Notes: generated by a model not told the origin, from the letters alone. A DNA stretch of 64,000 nt from an uncultured Solirubrobacteraceae bacterium (GCA_963753235.1 CAVWBJ010000001.1:499917-563916); one strand, 5' to 3'; positions 44,550 to 54,824 are shown, counted from the first letter of the stretch. Numbers and translations are program-made.

Positions 44550-45293
44550 ATGCCCGCTCAGGCCTACGCCGGCAAGGAATGCGTGTGCCAGCTCCGGAAG
44601 GGGATCTGCGACCAGTCCTGCGTGCGCGGCATGCTGGAGACGCCGTTTTACATCGCCTGCCTGCGTCTGAAGGGACGTCGCTGCCTGGTGGTCGGCGGCG
44701 GTGACGTGGGCCTGGAGAAGGTGGAGGGGCTGCTGGCCTGCGACGCCGACGTCACCCTGGTGGCCCCCGAGGCCCATCCGGCGCTGGCCGAGCTGGCCGA
44801 CGAGGGGTCGATCCGCTGGGAGCGCCGCCGGTTCGCTCCCGGCGATCTGGAGGGCTGCCTGATCGCCATCGCCGCCACCAACGACACCGACGTCAACATC
44901 TCGGTGTTTGATGCGGCCGAGCAGCGGGCGATGCTGGTCAACGTCGTCGATGTCCCGCCGCTGTGCAATTTCATCCTGCCGGCGATCGTCCGCACCGGAC
45001 CGCTGGCGGTGGCCATCTCCACCGCGGGCGCCTCGCCGGCGCTGGCCAAGCGGATGAAGCGGGAGATCGCCGACCTGTTCGGCGAGCCCTACGCCACCCT
45101 GGCCGTCCTGCTCAACGATGCCCGGGGCTGGGCCAAGGCGACGCTGCCCACCTATCAGGACCGCAAGGAGTTCTTTGAGTCGATCGTCAACGGCGATCCG
45201 GACCCCATCGCGCTGCTCCGGGCCGGCCAGGCCGACCGCGTCCGGGCGCTGATCGCCGAGGCCCAGCGCGTCCACGCTCCGGCCGCGGCGTGA
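44550..45293 (+). CDS. Precorrin-2 dehydrogenase / sirohydrochlorin ferrochelatase (SirC/Met8, CysG N-terminal-like)
   Basis: [19 protein letters not shown] (NAD fold) and [18 protein letters not shown] are present. The start is either ATG 44550 (adds a Cys-rich 27-aa extension; 24 of 26 codons end in G/C) or ATG 44631. Confidence 0.8.
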   Translation: MPAQAYAGKECVCQLRKGICDQSCVRGMLETPFYIACLRLKGRRCLVVGGGDVGLEKVEGLLACDADVTLVAPEAHPALAELADEGSIRWERRRFAPGDLEGCLIAIAATNDTDVNISVFDAAEQRAMLVNVVDVPPLCNFILPAIVRTGPLAVAISTAGASPALAKRMKREIADLFGEPYATLAVLLNDARGWAKATLPTYQDRKEFFESIVNGDPDPIALLRAGQADRVRALIAEAQRVHAPAAA

Positions 45294-45763
45294 GCGAGCT
45301 CACCCATCTGGACGCCGCCGGGCAGGCCCGGATGGTCGACGTCGCCGACAAGCCGGCCACCGAGCGCCGGGCGGTGGCGCGGGCGGTGGTGCGGGTCTCG
45401 CCGGAGACCGCGGCCAGGGTCAAGGCCGGCGACACCCCGAAGGGCGATGTCCTGGGGGTGGCCCGGATCGCCGGGATCCAGGGCGCCAAACGGACATCGG
45501 AGCTGATCCCGCTCTGTCACCCGCTGGCCCTGTCCTACGTCGGCGTCGACGGGGCGATCGACGTGGAGGCCGGCGAGATCAGGCTCACCGCCGAGGCCCG
45601 GACCACCGGCCCCACCGGGGTGGAGATGGAGGCGCTGACCGCCGCCTCGGTGGCCGCACTCACCATCTACGACATGGTCAAGGGCGTGGAGCGGGGCGCC
45701 GAGATCGCCTCGGTGGCACTGCTGGAGAAGTCCGGCGGGCGCTCCGGCCACTGGCGCCGCTGA
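45290..45763 (+). CDS. moaC: Cyclic pyranopterin monophosphate synthase
   Basis: [35 protein letters not shown] and [18 protein letters not shown] are present. The GTG start overlaps the upstream stop (GTGA). Confidence 0.92.
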   Translation: MSELTHLDAAGQARMVDVADKPATERRAVARAVVRVSPETAARVKAGDTPKGDVLGVARIAGIQGAKRTSELIPLCHPLALSYVGVDGAIDVEAGEIRLTAEARTTGPTGVEMEALTAASVAALTIYDMVKGVERGAEIASVALLEKSGGRSGHWRR

Positions 45764-45779
45764 GTAGATTCCGCCGCTG

Positions 45780-46268
45780 ATGCGAGCCGCCATCCTCACC
45801 GTGTCGACCTCGGTGGCCGCCGGCGAGACCGAGGACCGGTCCGGGGCGGCGCTGGCCGAGCACGCCGAGGCGGCCGGGGCCGAGGTGGTCGCCCGCGACG
45901 TGGTGGCCGACGACCGGGCCGCCATCGAGGAGTGGCTGCGCCGACAGGCCGCCGCCGGTGCCGCGCTCATCTTCACCACCGGCGGGACCGGGCTGACCGA
46001 CGACGATGTGACCCCGGAGGCGACCGAGGCGGTGATCGATCGACGCGCCCCCGGGTTTGCCGAGGCGATGCGGGCCGAGGCCGTCCGGCACACGCCGATG
46101 GGGATCCTGACCCGCGGAGTGTCCGGGATCGCCGGCCGCTCGCTGATCATCAACTTCCCGGGTAACCCGAAGGCGATCGGCGAGCTGTTCGGAGTCATCG
46201 CGCCGACGCTTGAGCACGTCGTCGCGACGCTGCAGCGCGAGCGTGGCCAGCGAACCCCCGGCCATTGA
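45780..46268 (+). CDS. mog: Molybdopterin adenylyltransferase / MoaB-MogA family
   Basis: AILTVSTS, IFTTGGTGLTDDDVTPEAT and INFPGNPKA are present. Confidence 0.88.
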   Translation: MRAAILTVSTSVAAGETEDRSGAALAEHAEAAGAEVVARDVVADDRAAIEEWLRRQAAAGAALIFTTGGTGLTDDDVTPEATEAVIDRRAPGFAEAMRAEAVRHTPMGILTRGVSGIAGRSLIINFPGNPKAIGELFGVIAPTLEHVVATLQRERGQRTPGH

Positions 46269-46932
46269 GCTGCGCGGCCTCGCGCGGTACTTCGGCGAGC
46301 GGATCGCGCTGCGCGACGTCAGCCTCGGCCTGCCGGCCGGGGCCACCCTGGCCGTGCTGGGGCGCAACGGCGCCGGGAAATCGACGCTGCTGCGGATCCT
46401 GGCCGCCCTCCTGCGGCCCCATGCCGGGGAGGTGCGCGTGTTCGACGAGCCCCTGCCCCGGCGGGCGTTTGCGGTCCGGGCACGGCTGGGGCTGCTCGGC
46501 CACGAGCCGCTGCTCTACCGCGAGCTGACCGGACGGGAGAACCTCCAGTACCACGCCCGCCTGCACGGGGTCGGCGCCGAGCGCGTGGAGGAGGTCCTGG
46601 GCGCGGTGCAGATGGATCGCCGAGCCGACGAGCCCGTCCGATCGTTGTCCCGGGGCATGGTCCAGCGCCTGGCCGTCGGCCGCGCGGTGCTCCACGGCCC
46701 CGCCCTGCTCCTGCTCGACGAGCCGCGGGCCAACCTGGATCCGGCCGCGTCAGAGCTGGTGGAGCCGCTCATCGGCCGGGCCAGTGGCTGCACCCGCGTC
46801 CTCACCAGCCATGACCCGCGGGCGGCGCTGGCCGAGGCTGACCTGGTGCTGGCGCTCCGGGACGGCCGCCCGGCGTTTCTCGGCGAGCCGGCGGCACTCG
46901 GCGACGTCGAGCTGCGGGAGCTGTACGCATGA
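46243..46932 (+). CDS. ccmA: Haem exporter ABC ATPase CcmA
   Basis: Walker A GRNGAGKSTLL, signature LSRGMVQR and Walker B LLLLDEP are present, and the gene lies directly upstream of ccmB/ccmC. GTG 46243 was chosen and overlaps the mog 3' end. Confidence 0.85.
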   Translation: MASEPPAIELRGLARYFGERIALRDVSLGLPAGATLAVLGRNGAGKSTLLRILAALLRPHAGEVRVFDEPLPRRAFAVRARLGLLGHEPLLYRELTGRENLQYHARLHGVGAERVEEVLGAVQMDRRADEPVRSLSRGMVQRLAVGRAVLHGPALLLLDEPRANLDPAASELVEPLIGRASGCTRVLTSHDPRAALAEADLVLALRDGRPAFLGEPAALGDVELRELYA

Positions 46933-47603
46933 GGACGGCGCTGGTCGTGCTGCGCAAGGACCTCCGGCTGGAGCTGCGCACGCTGGAGACGGTGCCGGCC
47001 ATGGTCCTGTTCGCCCTGGTGACGTTCGTCATCTTTCACTTCGGCCTGAACCGGCCGTCAATCGACGGTCAGCTGGCCGCCGGGGTGCTCACGGTCACGC
47101 TGCTGTTTGCCGCCATGCTCGGGATCAACCGGCTGTTTGTGGCCGAGCGCGAGCAGGGCGGATTTGATGGCTTCCTGCTCGCCCCCGTGGACCGCACGGC
47201 GATGCTGCTGGCCAAGGCGGCCGCGCTGTTCATGTTCCTGGCGGTGGTGGAGGTGATCGCCGTCCCGGCGTTCCAGCTGTTCCTGCTGGGGCCGTCGCTG
47301 GCCGGGTCGCTGCCGGGGCTCATTCTGGTGCTGGCGCTCGCCAACCTCGGACTGGCGGTGATCGGCACGCTCGTCTCGGCGGTCGCCGTCCACACCCGCG
47401 CCCGGGATCTGATCGGTCCGGTCGTCGGTCTGCCGCTGCTGCTCCCGGCGCTGATCGCCACCGCGCGGGCAGCGGGCCCCCTGCTGGCCGCCGGTCATGC
47501 CGCCACCTCGCCCCCGGAGCGATGGCTGCTCATCCTGGCTCTTTATGATGTGGTATTCGCGCTGCTCGCTTACGCAGTGTTCGATTTCCTCCTGGAGGAC
47601 TAA
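46929..47603 (+). CDS. ccmB: Haem exporter permease CcmB
   Basis: 224 aa with 6 TM helices. It starts MRTALVVLRKDLRLELR and contains FAEREQGGFD-type CcmB blocks. ATGA overlap with ccmA. Confidence 0.85.
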   Translation: MRTALVVLRKDLRLELRTLETVPAMVLFALVTFVIFHFGLNRPSIDGQLAAGVLTVTLLFAAMLGINRLFVAEREQGGFDGFLLAPVDRTAMLLAKAAALFMFLAVVEVIAVPAFQLFLLGPSLAGSLPGLILVLALANLGLAVIGTLVSAVAVHTRARDLIGPVVGLPLLLPALIATARAAGPLLAAGHAATSPPERWLLILALYDVVFALLAYAVFDFLLED

Positions 47604-47608
47604 AGGCA

Positions 47609-48346
47609 GTGCCCGCTTCGACCACCTACGGAAAGGGTCTCCGCGCCCTTTCGCTCGCCACCGTTCTCACCATGGCCGCCGCCCTGGGGCTGGTGTTCTT
47701 CTATGCCCCCCTGGACGCCAGCCAGGGCTTCATCCAGAAGATCTTCTACATCCACGTCCCGCTGGCGATCATCTCGCTGGGCGGGTTCATGTTCGGCGGA
47801 GCGCTGGCCATCGGCTACCTGCGGACCGGTGACCGCAAGTGGGACCTGCGCGCCTATGTGGCCATCCACATGGCCCTCATCTTCGGCGTGGCCGGGCTGA
47901 TCAGCGGCTCCATCTGGGCCAAGGCCTCCTGGGGCCACTGGTGGGTGTGGAGCGAGCCGACCCTGGTCTCGTTCCTGATCGTGCTGCTCCTGTTCGCCAC
48001 CTATCAGCCGCTGCGCTTCTCAATCGAGGATCCGGAACGCCAATCGCGCTACGCCAGCGTGTTCGCCGTCGTCGGCGCGGCGTTCGTCCCCCTCAACTAC
48101 ATCGCGGTGCAGGCGGCCACGGCCTATGTGCACCCGCGGGTGCTGACGCTGGGCGGCGCCCACCTGCCGCCCTCAATGGGTCTGACGTTTGTGGTCGCAC
48201 TGGTGGCATTCGCCCTCCTGTACCTGACCCTGTGGAAGTACGAGATGGCGGCCAAGAACGCGCGCGCCCAGGTGCGGCGCCTGCGGCGCACCCTGCTCGG
48301 CGATGATGCCGTCCGCCCGGTGGGCCGGAGCGCGGCCCCGTCATGA
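47609..48346 (+). CDS. ccmC: Haem lyase-associated haem exporter CcmC (WWD-domain protein)
   Basis: It has FYIHVP (His ligand), a Trp-rich WWD-like loop WGHWWVWSEPTL, and a second His in AYVHPRV. At ~245 aa the size fits CcmC rather than CcsA or CcmF. Confidence 0.8.
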   Translation: MPASTTYGKGLRALSLATVLTMAAALGLVFFYAPLDASQGFIQKIFYIHVPLAIISLGGFMFGGALAIGYLRTGDRKWDLRAYVAIHMALIFGVAGLISGSIWAKASWGHWWVWSEPTLVSFLIVLLLFATYQPLRFSIEDPERQSRYASVFAVVGAAFVPLNYIAVQAATAYVHPRVLTLGGAHLPPSMGLTFVVALVAFALLYLTLWKYEMAAKNARAQVRRLRRTLLGDDAVRPVGRSAAPS

Positions 48347-48573
48347 GCGCCCTGATCGCCGCCGCCCCCGCGGTCCCGCTCAACTCCACGGCCGGCCGGT
48401 ACGTGGCCGCCGCCTACATCGTCGTCCTGCTGGTCATCCTCATCTACGTGGCGATCATGGCCGTCCGGGCCCAGCGCCTGGAACGTGATCTGGCAGAGCT
48501 CCGTCGCGACGTGGAGGCGGCGCGGACCGCCGCCGGCGACAGCGAGCCGATGCGGGAGCGCGAGCGGGTGTGA
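48343..48573 (+). CDS. CcmD-like small single-TM protein
   Basis: 76 aa with one TM helix (YVAAAYIVVLLVILIYVAIMAV) followed by a charged tail. It has ATGA overlap with ccmC and GTGA overlap with hemA. The assignment rests on position and topology only. Confidence 0.5.
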   Translation: MSALIAAAPAVPLNSTAGRYVAAAYIVVLLVILIYVAIMAVRAQRLERDLAELRRDVEAARTAAGDSEPMRERERV

Positions 48574-49931
48574 GCGAGCTCCTGGTCATCGGCACGTCGT
48601 ACCAGACCTCGCCGGTCGCTGTGCGCGAGCGCCTGGCCCTGCCGGAGCCCCGCGCCTCCGAGTTCATCCGGGAACTGCGCGGGGTGGCCGACGTGCATGA
48701 GACCGTGGCCGTCTCCACCTGCAACCGGACCGAGCTCTACCTGGTGGTGGGCGATCCGGTGGAGGCCGAGTCGACCGTGCTGACCATGCTCTCCCGCCAG
48801 GCGGGGATGCGCCCCACCGAGCTGACCGGCGCCATCTACGCCCACCGCAACTGCGAGGCGGCCCGCCACCTGTACCGCGTCGTCTCCGGCCTGGACTCCA
48901 TGATCATCGGCGAGGCCGAGATCCAGGGGCAGATCAAGCGGGCCTATGAGACCGCCCAGGCGCAGGAGACCGTCGGTCCATTGACCAACCGCCTGTTCCG
49001 GGCGGCGCTGGAGACCGGCAAGCGGGTGCGGACCGAGACAGCGATCGGCGAGGGCCAGCTCAGCCTCCCGGGCGCCGCGGTGGCGCTGGCCCGCGAGCAG
49101 CTGGGCGAGATCGCCGGCCGCCGCGTGGTCATCATCGGCACCGGCGAGACGAGCGAGCTGACCGCCCGCGCCCTGGCCGACAACGGGGTCCACCCGGTGT
49201 TCGTGGCCAACCGGCGGCGGGACCGCGCCCTCAGCCTGGCCCGCCGGTACGAGGGCACCACGGTCCCGCTGGACGAGCTGCCCGAGGAGCTGCTCGGAGC
49301 CGACATCGTCGTCGCCGCCACCGCCTCGCCGCACCTGCTGCTGGAGGTCCGGGAGGTGGCCGACGTCATGGACGCCCGCGACGCCCGGCCGATGCTGCTC
49401 ATCGACCTGGCCGTGCCCAGGGACATCGACGGCGCCTGCGCCCAGCTGCCCGGCATCTCGCTGTATGACATCGACGATCTTCAGGCGGTGGCCCACCGCA
49501 ACCGCCGGGGGCGCCAGGCCGAGGCCCGGCGGGCCGACGGGATTGTGGAGGAGGAGATCCAGCGCTTCGCCACCTGGCTGGGCTCGCTGGAGGTCCTGCC
49601 CACCCTGGCCGCTCTGCGCAGCCACGCCACCGCCATCGCCGCCCAGGTGGTGGCCGAGAACGAGGGCAAGTGGGAGTCGGCCTCGCCGAGGGACCGTGCC
49701 CGGGTCGACGCCATCGCCCGCACCGTGGTCAATCGCCTGCTCCACGTGCCCACCCTGCAGATGAAGGACATGCACGACGACCGCGTTCACGCCCGGATGG
49801 CGCTGGTGCGCGAGCTGTTCGGGCTGTCGGTCCAGGAGGGCGTCTCCGGCGTGGTGGAGGAGCCGATCGCCGAGCTCGCCGACCGGCTGGCCGAGGTGCG
49901 CCAGCTCCCCCGCCGCGCGCGGGGCCGGTAA
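48570..49931 (+). CDS. hemA: Glutamyl-tRNA reductase
   Basis: VSTCNRTELY (catalytic Cys), SGLDSMIIGE and the NADPH fold IIGTGETSEL are present. Confidence 0.93.
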   Translation: MSELLVIGTSYQTSPVAVRERLALPEPRASEFIRELRGVADVHETVAVSTCNRTELYLVVGDPVEAESTVLTMLSRQAGMRPTELTGAIYAHRNCEAARHLYRVVSGLDSMIIGEAEIQGQIKRAYETAQAQETVGPLTNRLFRAALETGKRVRTETAIGEGQLSLPGAAVALAREQLGEIAGRRVVIIGTGETSELTARALADNGVHPVFVANRRRDRALSLARRYEGTTVPLDELPEELLGADIVVAATASPHLLLEVREVADVMDARDARPMLLIDLAVPRDIDGACAQLPGISLYDIDDLQAVAHRNRRGRQAEARRADGIVEEEIQRFATWLGSLEVLPTLAALRSHATAIAAQVVAENEGKWESASPRDRARVDAIARTVVNRLLHVPTLQMKDMHDDRVHARMALVRELFGLSVQEGVSGVVEEPIAELADRLAEVRQLPRRARGR

Positions 49932-49940
49932 GCGGCGGCC

Positions 49941-50813
49941 ATGCGGGTGGGGACGCGGGGCAGCGCGCTGGCGCTGGCGCAGGCGCGGTGGGTGGCCGAG
50001 CGCCTCGGCGACGAGGCCGAGCTTGTGACCATCACCACCCTCGGTGACCGCGGGGCGGCGCTGGCCGACAAGTCCCGGTGGACCTCCGAACTGGAGCAGG
50101 CGCTGCTGGACGGCCGGATCGACATCGCGGTGCACTCGGCCAAGGACGTGCCCACCGAGCTCGCCGACGGGCTGGAGCTGGTGGCGGTGCCGGAGCGCGC
50201 CGATGCCCGGGACGCCATCTGCGGGGCACCGAGCCTGGCCGCCCTGGTCCCCGGTGCCCGCGTGGGCACGAGCAGCCTGCGCCGGGCGGCGCAGCTGCGG
50301 GCCGTGCGCGACGATCTGGAGGTGGTGGAGCTGCGCGGCAACGTCGACACGCGGCTGCGCAAGCTGGGCGAGGGACAGGCCGACGCGCTCGTCCTGGCCC
50401 TGGCCGGGCTTCAGCGGCTGGCTCGCACCGATGCCGCCGGCGGCGTCATTGACGAGTTTGTGCCCGCCGCCGGGCAGGGGGCGCTGGCCCTGGAGGCGCG
50501 GGTGGGCGAGCTGGACCGGGCGGCGCTGGCCGGGGTGATCGACCCGGTGGCCATGGCCTGTGTGGGGGCCGAGCGGACGCTGGTGGGCGCCCTGGGAGCG
50601 TCGTGCCACACGCCGGTCGGTGCCCACGCCCGCTGGGTGGACGACGGTCAGGTGGCGCTGGCCGCCTGGGTGGGCCTCCCGGATGGGTCGGCCTGGCTGC
50701 GCGACGAGGTGGTGGGCGAGCCGGAGGCGGTGGGCAGCGACTGCGCCCGGCGGATGCTGGCCGCCGGGGCCGCCGAGCTGCTTCGCCAGGCGGAGACGGC
50801 GGTGGCCGGATGA
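49941..50813 (+). CDS. hemC: Hydroxymethylbilane synthase (porphobilinogen deaminase)
   Basis: VGTRGSALALAQA, AVHSAKDVP and RGNVDTRL are present, along with the cofactor Cys in ALGASCHTPVGA. Confidence 0.93.
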   Translation: MRVGTRGSALALAQARWVAERLGDEAELVTITTLGDRGAALADKSRWTSELEQALLDGRIDIAVHSAKDVPTELADGLELVAVPERADARDAICGAPSLAALVPGARVGTSSLRRAAQLRAVRDDLEVVELRGNVDTRLRKLGEGQADALVLALAGLQRLARTDAAGGVIDEFVPAAGQGALALEARVGELDRAALAGVIDPVAMACVGAERTLVGALGASCHTPVGAHARWVDDGQVALAAWVGLPDGSAWLRDEVVGEPEAVGSDCARRMLAAGAAELLRQAETAVAG

Positions 50814-52282
50814 CCGTGTTCTTGGTGGGCGCCGGCCCCGGGGATCCGGGCCTGATGACCGCGCGGGCGCTGGAGCTGATCGCCGCCGCCGACGTCATCG
50901 TCTATGACCGCCTGATCCCCGACCGCGCCCTGGACGGCGCCCGCGCCGATGCCGAGCTGGTCTATGTGGGCAAGGAGGGCGGCGGCCCGTCGGTGTCCCA
51001 GGAGGAGATCGGCGCCGTGCTGGTGGCGCACGGGCGGGAGGGGCGCGACGTGGTCCGGCTCAAGGGCGGCGACCCATTTGTGTTTGGGCGCGGCGGTGAG
51101 GAGGCCGAGCTGCTCCGGGAGGCCGGGGTGGCGTTTGAGGTGGTGCCGGGCGTGACCGCGGGGGTGGCCGCGTCGGCCTACGCCGGAATTCCGGTCACCC
51201 ACCGGGACGCGGCCAGCGCGGTGGCGTTCGTCACCGGCCATGAGGATCCGGCCAAGCCCGAGTCGGCCCTGGACTGGGCGGCGCTGGCCCGGTTTCCGGG
51301 AACGCTCGTCTTCTACATGGGCGTGCGCCAGCTGGCCACCATCGCCGAGCGGCTGATGGCGGGCGGCCGGGAGGCGGCCGAGCCGGCTGCGGTGGTGGAG
51401 CGCGGAACGCTCCCCGGGCAGCGGGTGGTGACCGGCACCACGGCCACGATCGCCGAGGTGGCGGCCGCCGCTGGCGTGCGCGCGCCGGCAATCTCGCTGT
51501 TCGGCGAGGTGGCCGCCCTGCGGGAGCGGCTGGCCTGGTTTGAGGCGCGGCCGCTGGCCGGCCGAACGGTGGCCGTGACCCGGGCGCGGGCCCAGGCGAG
51601 CGGGCTGGCGGCGCGGCTGCGCGCCCTGGGCGCCGAGGCGGTGGAGGCGCCGGCGATCCGAATTGTGGCGCTGGAGGGACCGGCGCCGGAGATCGACCGC
51701 TACGACCTGGTCTGCCTGACCAGCCCCAACGGGGTGCAGTGGCTGTTTGAACGGCTGGCCGCGGACGGGCGGGACGCGCGGTCGTTTGCCGGCGTGCGGA
51801 TCGCCGCCATCGGCCCCGGGACCGCCGCCGCCCTGCGCGCCCACGGCCTGATTGCCGACATCGTGCCGGAGCGGTTCGTGGCCGAGGGGCTGGTGGAGGC
51901 GCTCGCCGACGTGCCCGTGTCCCGCGTGCTGATCGCCCGGGCCGCCGAGGCCCGCGACGTACTCCCGGATGCCCTGCGGGAGCGCGGTGCGGAGGTCGAC
52001 GTGGTGGCCCTGTATGAGACGGTGGCCGAGCCCCTGTCCGACGCCCAGCGGGCCGCGGTGGCCGGCGCCGACTACATCACCTTCACCTCCTCGTCGACGG
52101 TGCGGTTCTTCTTTGACGCGGTCGGCGACGGGGTGTCGCCGGAGACCCGGCTGGTCAGCATCGGCCCGGTGACCAGTGACGCTCTGCGTCAGGCGGGGCG
52201 CCCGCCGGACGTGGAGGCCCGCCGGCATGACATCGACGGGCTGGTGGACGCGCTCGTCGCCGACGCGGCCACCCCTCGCTAA
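50810..52282 (+). CDS. cobA: Fused uroporphyrinogen-III C-methyltransferase / uroporphyrinogen-III synthase
   Basis: The N-terminal half has [30 protein letters not shown] and VPGVTA (SUMT). The C-terminal ~240 aa are HemD-like ([17 protein letters not shown]...ITFTSSSTV). The ATG overlaps the hemC stop (ATGA). Confidence 0.9.
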   Translation: MTVFLVGAGPGDPGLMTARALELIAAADVIVYDRLIPDRALDGARADAELVYVGKEGGGPSVSQEEIGAVLVAHGREGRDVVRLKGGDPFVFGRGGEEAELLREAGVAFEVVPGVTAGVAASAYAGIPVTHRDAASAVAFVTGHEDPAKPESALDWAALARFPGTLVFYMGVRQLATIAERLMAGGREAAEPAAVVERGTLPGQRVVTGTTATIAEVAAAAGVRAPAISLFGEVAALRERLAWFEARPLAGRTVAVTRARAQASGLAARLRALGAEAVEAPAIRIVALEGPAPEIDRYDLVCLTSPNGVQWLFERLAADGRDARSFAGVRIAAIGPGTAAALRAHGLIADIVPERFVAEGLVEALADVPVSRVLIARAAEARDVLPDALRERGAEVDVVALYETVAEPLSDAQRAAVAGADYITFTSSSTVRFFFDAVGDGVSPETRLVSIGPVTSDALRQAGRPPDVEARRHDIDGLVDALVADAATPR

Positions 52283-52340
52283 CACGACCCTCACCCCGGC
52301 CCGGACCGGCGCCGGTACGCTGGCCGCGCGGGTGTGGAAG

Positions 52341-53273
52341 ATGCCGGAACCCATCGCTCAGCGGGGGGCGCAGCAGCGGGCGAGACAGAGGCGGCGCCGG
52401 CGGGTACGCCGGGTGCTGCTCGGTGCGCTGGCGCTGGCGGCGGTGGCCGTGGCGGTGGTGCTGGTGACCCGGCCGGGCGCCCAGGCTCCGCGCCACCCGT
52501 CCGCGCCATCGCTCACGCTCAGCCAGGTCAAGCCGGGTCCGGCACCGCGGCTGCACGGTCTGACCGCGGCGCAGCTGGCCACCCTGCGGCGGCTGATCGC
52601 CCTGGGGCGGCCCATCTACTGCGGGGGGCGACACGGCAACGCCGTGGCCTTCACCTTCGACGACGGTCCCGGCGTGTACACCCATTACGCGTTGCGCAAG
52701 CTCCGCCAGACCCATGAGCGGGCCACCTTCTTCGTGGTGGGCAAGAGCATCCGGGCCTGGCCGCACTGGCTGCGCCGGGAGACGCGGGTGGCCGCCCTGG
52801 GAGACCACACCATGACCCACCAGGACCTGCTGGGCCTGTCCAGCTACGCGGCCTACGGGGAGATCGCCGGCGCCCAGCAGATGATCCAGCGGGACTCCGG
52901 TCAGCGGGTGGAGCTGTTCCGGCCTCCCTACGGCGCCCAGGATCGCACAATTGAGGAGATCGTCCGCCGGCTGGGGATGCTCGACATCATGTGGTCGGTG
53001 GACTCGGCCGACTCGCTCGGGGCCAACTACGCCGGCATCATCCGCAACGTCGAGCACGGGCTCCATCCGGGGGCGATCATCGAGATGCATGAGAATCGCG
53101 GCCAGACCATCCGCGCCCTGACCACGCTGCTGCCGGTGCTGCACCGGCGCCACCTGCGGTCGGTGAGCGTGCTTGAGCTGCTGGCCACCGATCCGCCCTC
53201 GCCGGCGCAGGTGCGCCGGGGCGAGACGGCCTGCGGGGCCCCGACCAGGGTGCCGGGGCGCGGCACCGAGTAG
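52341..53273 (+). CDS. Polysaccharide deacetylase (NodB homology domain), membrane-anchored
   Basis: It has a basic N-terminus plus a TM helix, then FTFDDGP, GDHTMTH and RPPYG motifs. Confidence 0.85.
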   Translation: MPEPIAQRGAQQRARQRRRRRVRRVLLGALALAAVAVAVVLVTRPGAQAPRHPSAPSLTLSQVKPGPAPRLHGLTAAQLATLRRLIALGRPIYCGGRHGNAVAFTFDDGPGVYTHYALRKLRQTHERATFFVVGKSIRAWPHWLRRETRVAALGDHTMTHQDLLGLSSYAAYGEIAGAQQMIQRDSGQRVELFRPPYGAQDRTIEEIVRRLGMLDIMWSVDSADSLGANYAGIIRNVEHGLHPGAIIEMHENRGQTIRALTTLLPVLHRRHLRSVSVLELLATDPPSPAQVRRGETACGAPTRVPGRGTE

Positions 53274-53322
53274 GCGACGGCGGGCTTCCCGGTTCTGGGG
53301 AGACCGACTAGGGTGCCCGGCG

Positions 53323-54138
53323 ATGGGGGATCCGCCGGTCATCACCTTTCTCTCGGACTACGGTCTGGCCGACGACTTTGTGGGGATCTGTCATGGCGTC
53401 ATCACCCGGATCTGCCCGGCGGCGCGTATCATCGATCTGACCCACGGCATTCCGCGCCATGATGTCCGGGCGGGAGCGATCGTGCTCGGCGAGGCGCTGG
53501 CCTACCTCCCGGCCGGGGTGCACTTGGCGGTCGTCGATCCCGACGTCGGCGCGCAGCGCCGGGCCATCGGCCTGCGGTTGGCCAACGACCGGCTGCTGGT
53601 GGGGCCCGACAACGGCCTGCTGTGGCCGGCGGCGAGCGCCGGCGGTGGGATCGCCGAGGCCGTCGACATTGCCCGGTCCCCGCACCGGCTCCAGCCCGTA
53701 TCGGCCACGTTTCACGGCCGGGACATCTTCGCCCCGGTGGCTGGGGCGCTGGCCGCCGGCGCCCCGCTGGCCGATGCCGGCGAGCCGCTGGACCCGGAGG
53801 AGATCATCCGCCTGGACCTCCCGGCGCCCGACCGGGAGGGGGAGACGCTGGTGGCGCATGTCCGGTACATCGACCGGTTCGGCAACCTCCAGCTCAACGC
53901 CGGCCACGACGACCTTGATGGCACCGGCCTCAAGCTCGGCCGGGCCGCACGCCTCAAGCTGCCCGGGGGAACCTCCCAGGAGGTCCAGTTCGTCGGCACG
54001 TTCGCCGACGCCGGACCGGATGAGCTGCTCCTCTACGAGGACGCGCAGCGTCGCCTGGCCATCGCGGTTCGCCACGGCGACGCCGCCGCCCGGCTGGGGC
54101 TGGCCGTCGACGCGCCGGTGCGGATCCGCCGGGCATGA
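53323..54138 (+). CDS. SAM hydroxide adenosyltransferase-family protein (DUF62, chlorinase/fluorinase-like)
   Basis: ITFLSDYGLADDFVG, HLAVVDPDVG, VGPDNGLL, FHGRDIFAP and IDRFGN are diagnostic blocks. Confidence 0.85.
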   Translation: MGDPPVITFLSDYGLADDFVGICHGVITRICPAARIIDLTHGIPRHDVRAGAIVLGEALAYLPAGVHLAVVDPDVGAQRRAIGLRLANDRLLVGPDNGLLWPAASAGGGIAEAVDIARSPHRLQPVSATFHGRDIFAPVAGALAAGAPLADAGEPLDPEEIIRLDLPAPDREGETLVAHVRYIDRFGNLQLNAGHDDLDGTGLKLGRAARLKLPGGTSQEVQFVGTFADAGPDELLLYEDAQRRLAIAVRHGDAAARLGLAVDAPVRIRRA

Positions 54139-54824
54139 GCAGCGACCGCCTGGGCCGCCCCCGCCTGCACCTGAGGGTCACCGACTCCACCAACGCCCGG
54201 GCCCGGGAGCTGGCCGCCGCAGGGGCGCCGCACGGGACCCTGGTCACCGCCGGCCTGCAGACGGCCGGACGGGGCCGCCAGGGCCGGAGCTGGTCGGCTC
54301 CGCCGGGACGCGCGCTCCTGGGCTCCATCGTCATCCGGCGGCCGCGGGCGCTGCTGCCGCTGGCCGCGGGCGTGGCCGTGGCCGAGGTGGTGGGCGGCGC
54401 CGCCCAGGTCAAATGGCCCAACGACGTGCTGGTGGGCGGACGCAAGGTGGCCGGGATCCTGGTGGAGGGCCGGCCCCAGGAGGACTGGGCGGTGCTCGGC
54501 ATCGGGGTCAACGTGGCCCTCTCGCCGGAGGACTTCCCCCCGGCGCTGCGCGACCGGGCCGGGACGCTGGGGTTGCCGGCGAGCGAGATCGAGCCGGTGC
54601 TGGGGCGCTTGGTCAGGGCGCTGGAGCGCTGGTTGCGCCAGACCGATGCCGACGTGCTGGCGGCGTTCGGGCCGCGGGATGCGCTCCAGGGCCAGACCGT
54701 CGATTGGGGGCAGGGGCGGGGCCGGGCGCAGGGCGTCGATGCGCGCGGACGTCTTCTGGTCGCCGCCGACGACGGCCGGAAGCAGGCGTTGTCGGCCGGC
54801 GAGGTCCATCTGGTCACCGAGTGA
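54135..54824 (+). CDS. birA: Biotin--[acetyl-CoA-carboxylase] ligase (group I, no HTH)
   Basis: TAGRGRQGRSWSAPPG (GRGRxGR) and KWPNDVLVGGRKVAGILVE are present. ATGA overlap with the upstream gene. Confidence 0.88.
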   Translation: MSSDRLGRPRLHLRVTDSTNARARELAAAGAPHGTLVTAGLQTAGRGRQGRSWSAPPGRALLGSIVIRRPRALLPLAAGVAVAEVVGGAAQVKWPNDVLVGGRKVAGILVEGRPQEDWAVLGIGVNVALSPEDFPPALRDRAGTLGLPASEIEPVLGRLVRALERWLRQTDADVLAAFGPRDALQGQTVDWGQGRGRAQGVDARGRLLVAADDGRKQALSAGEVHLVTE

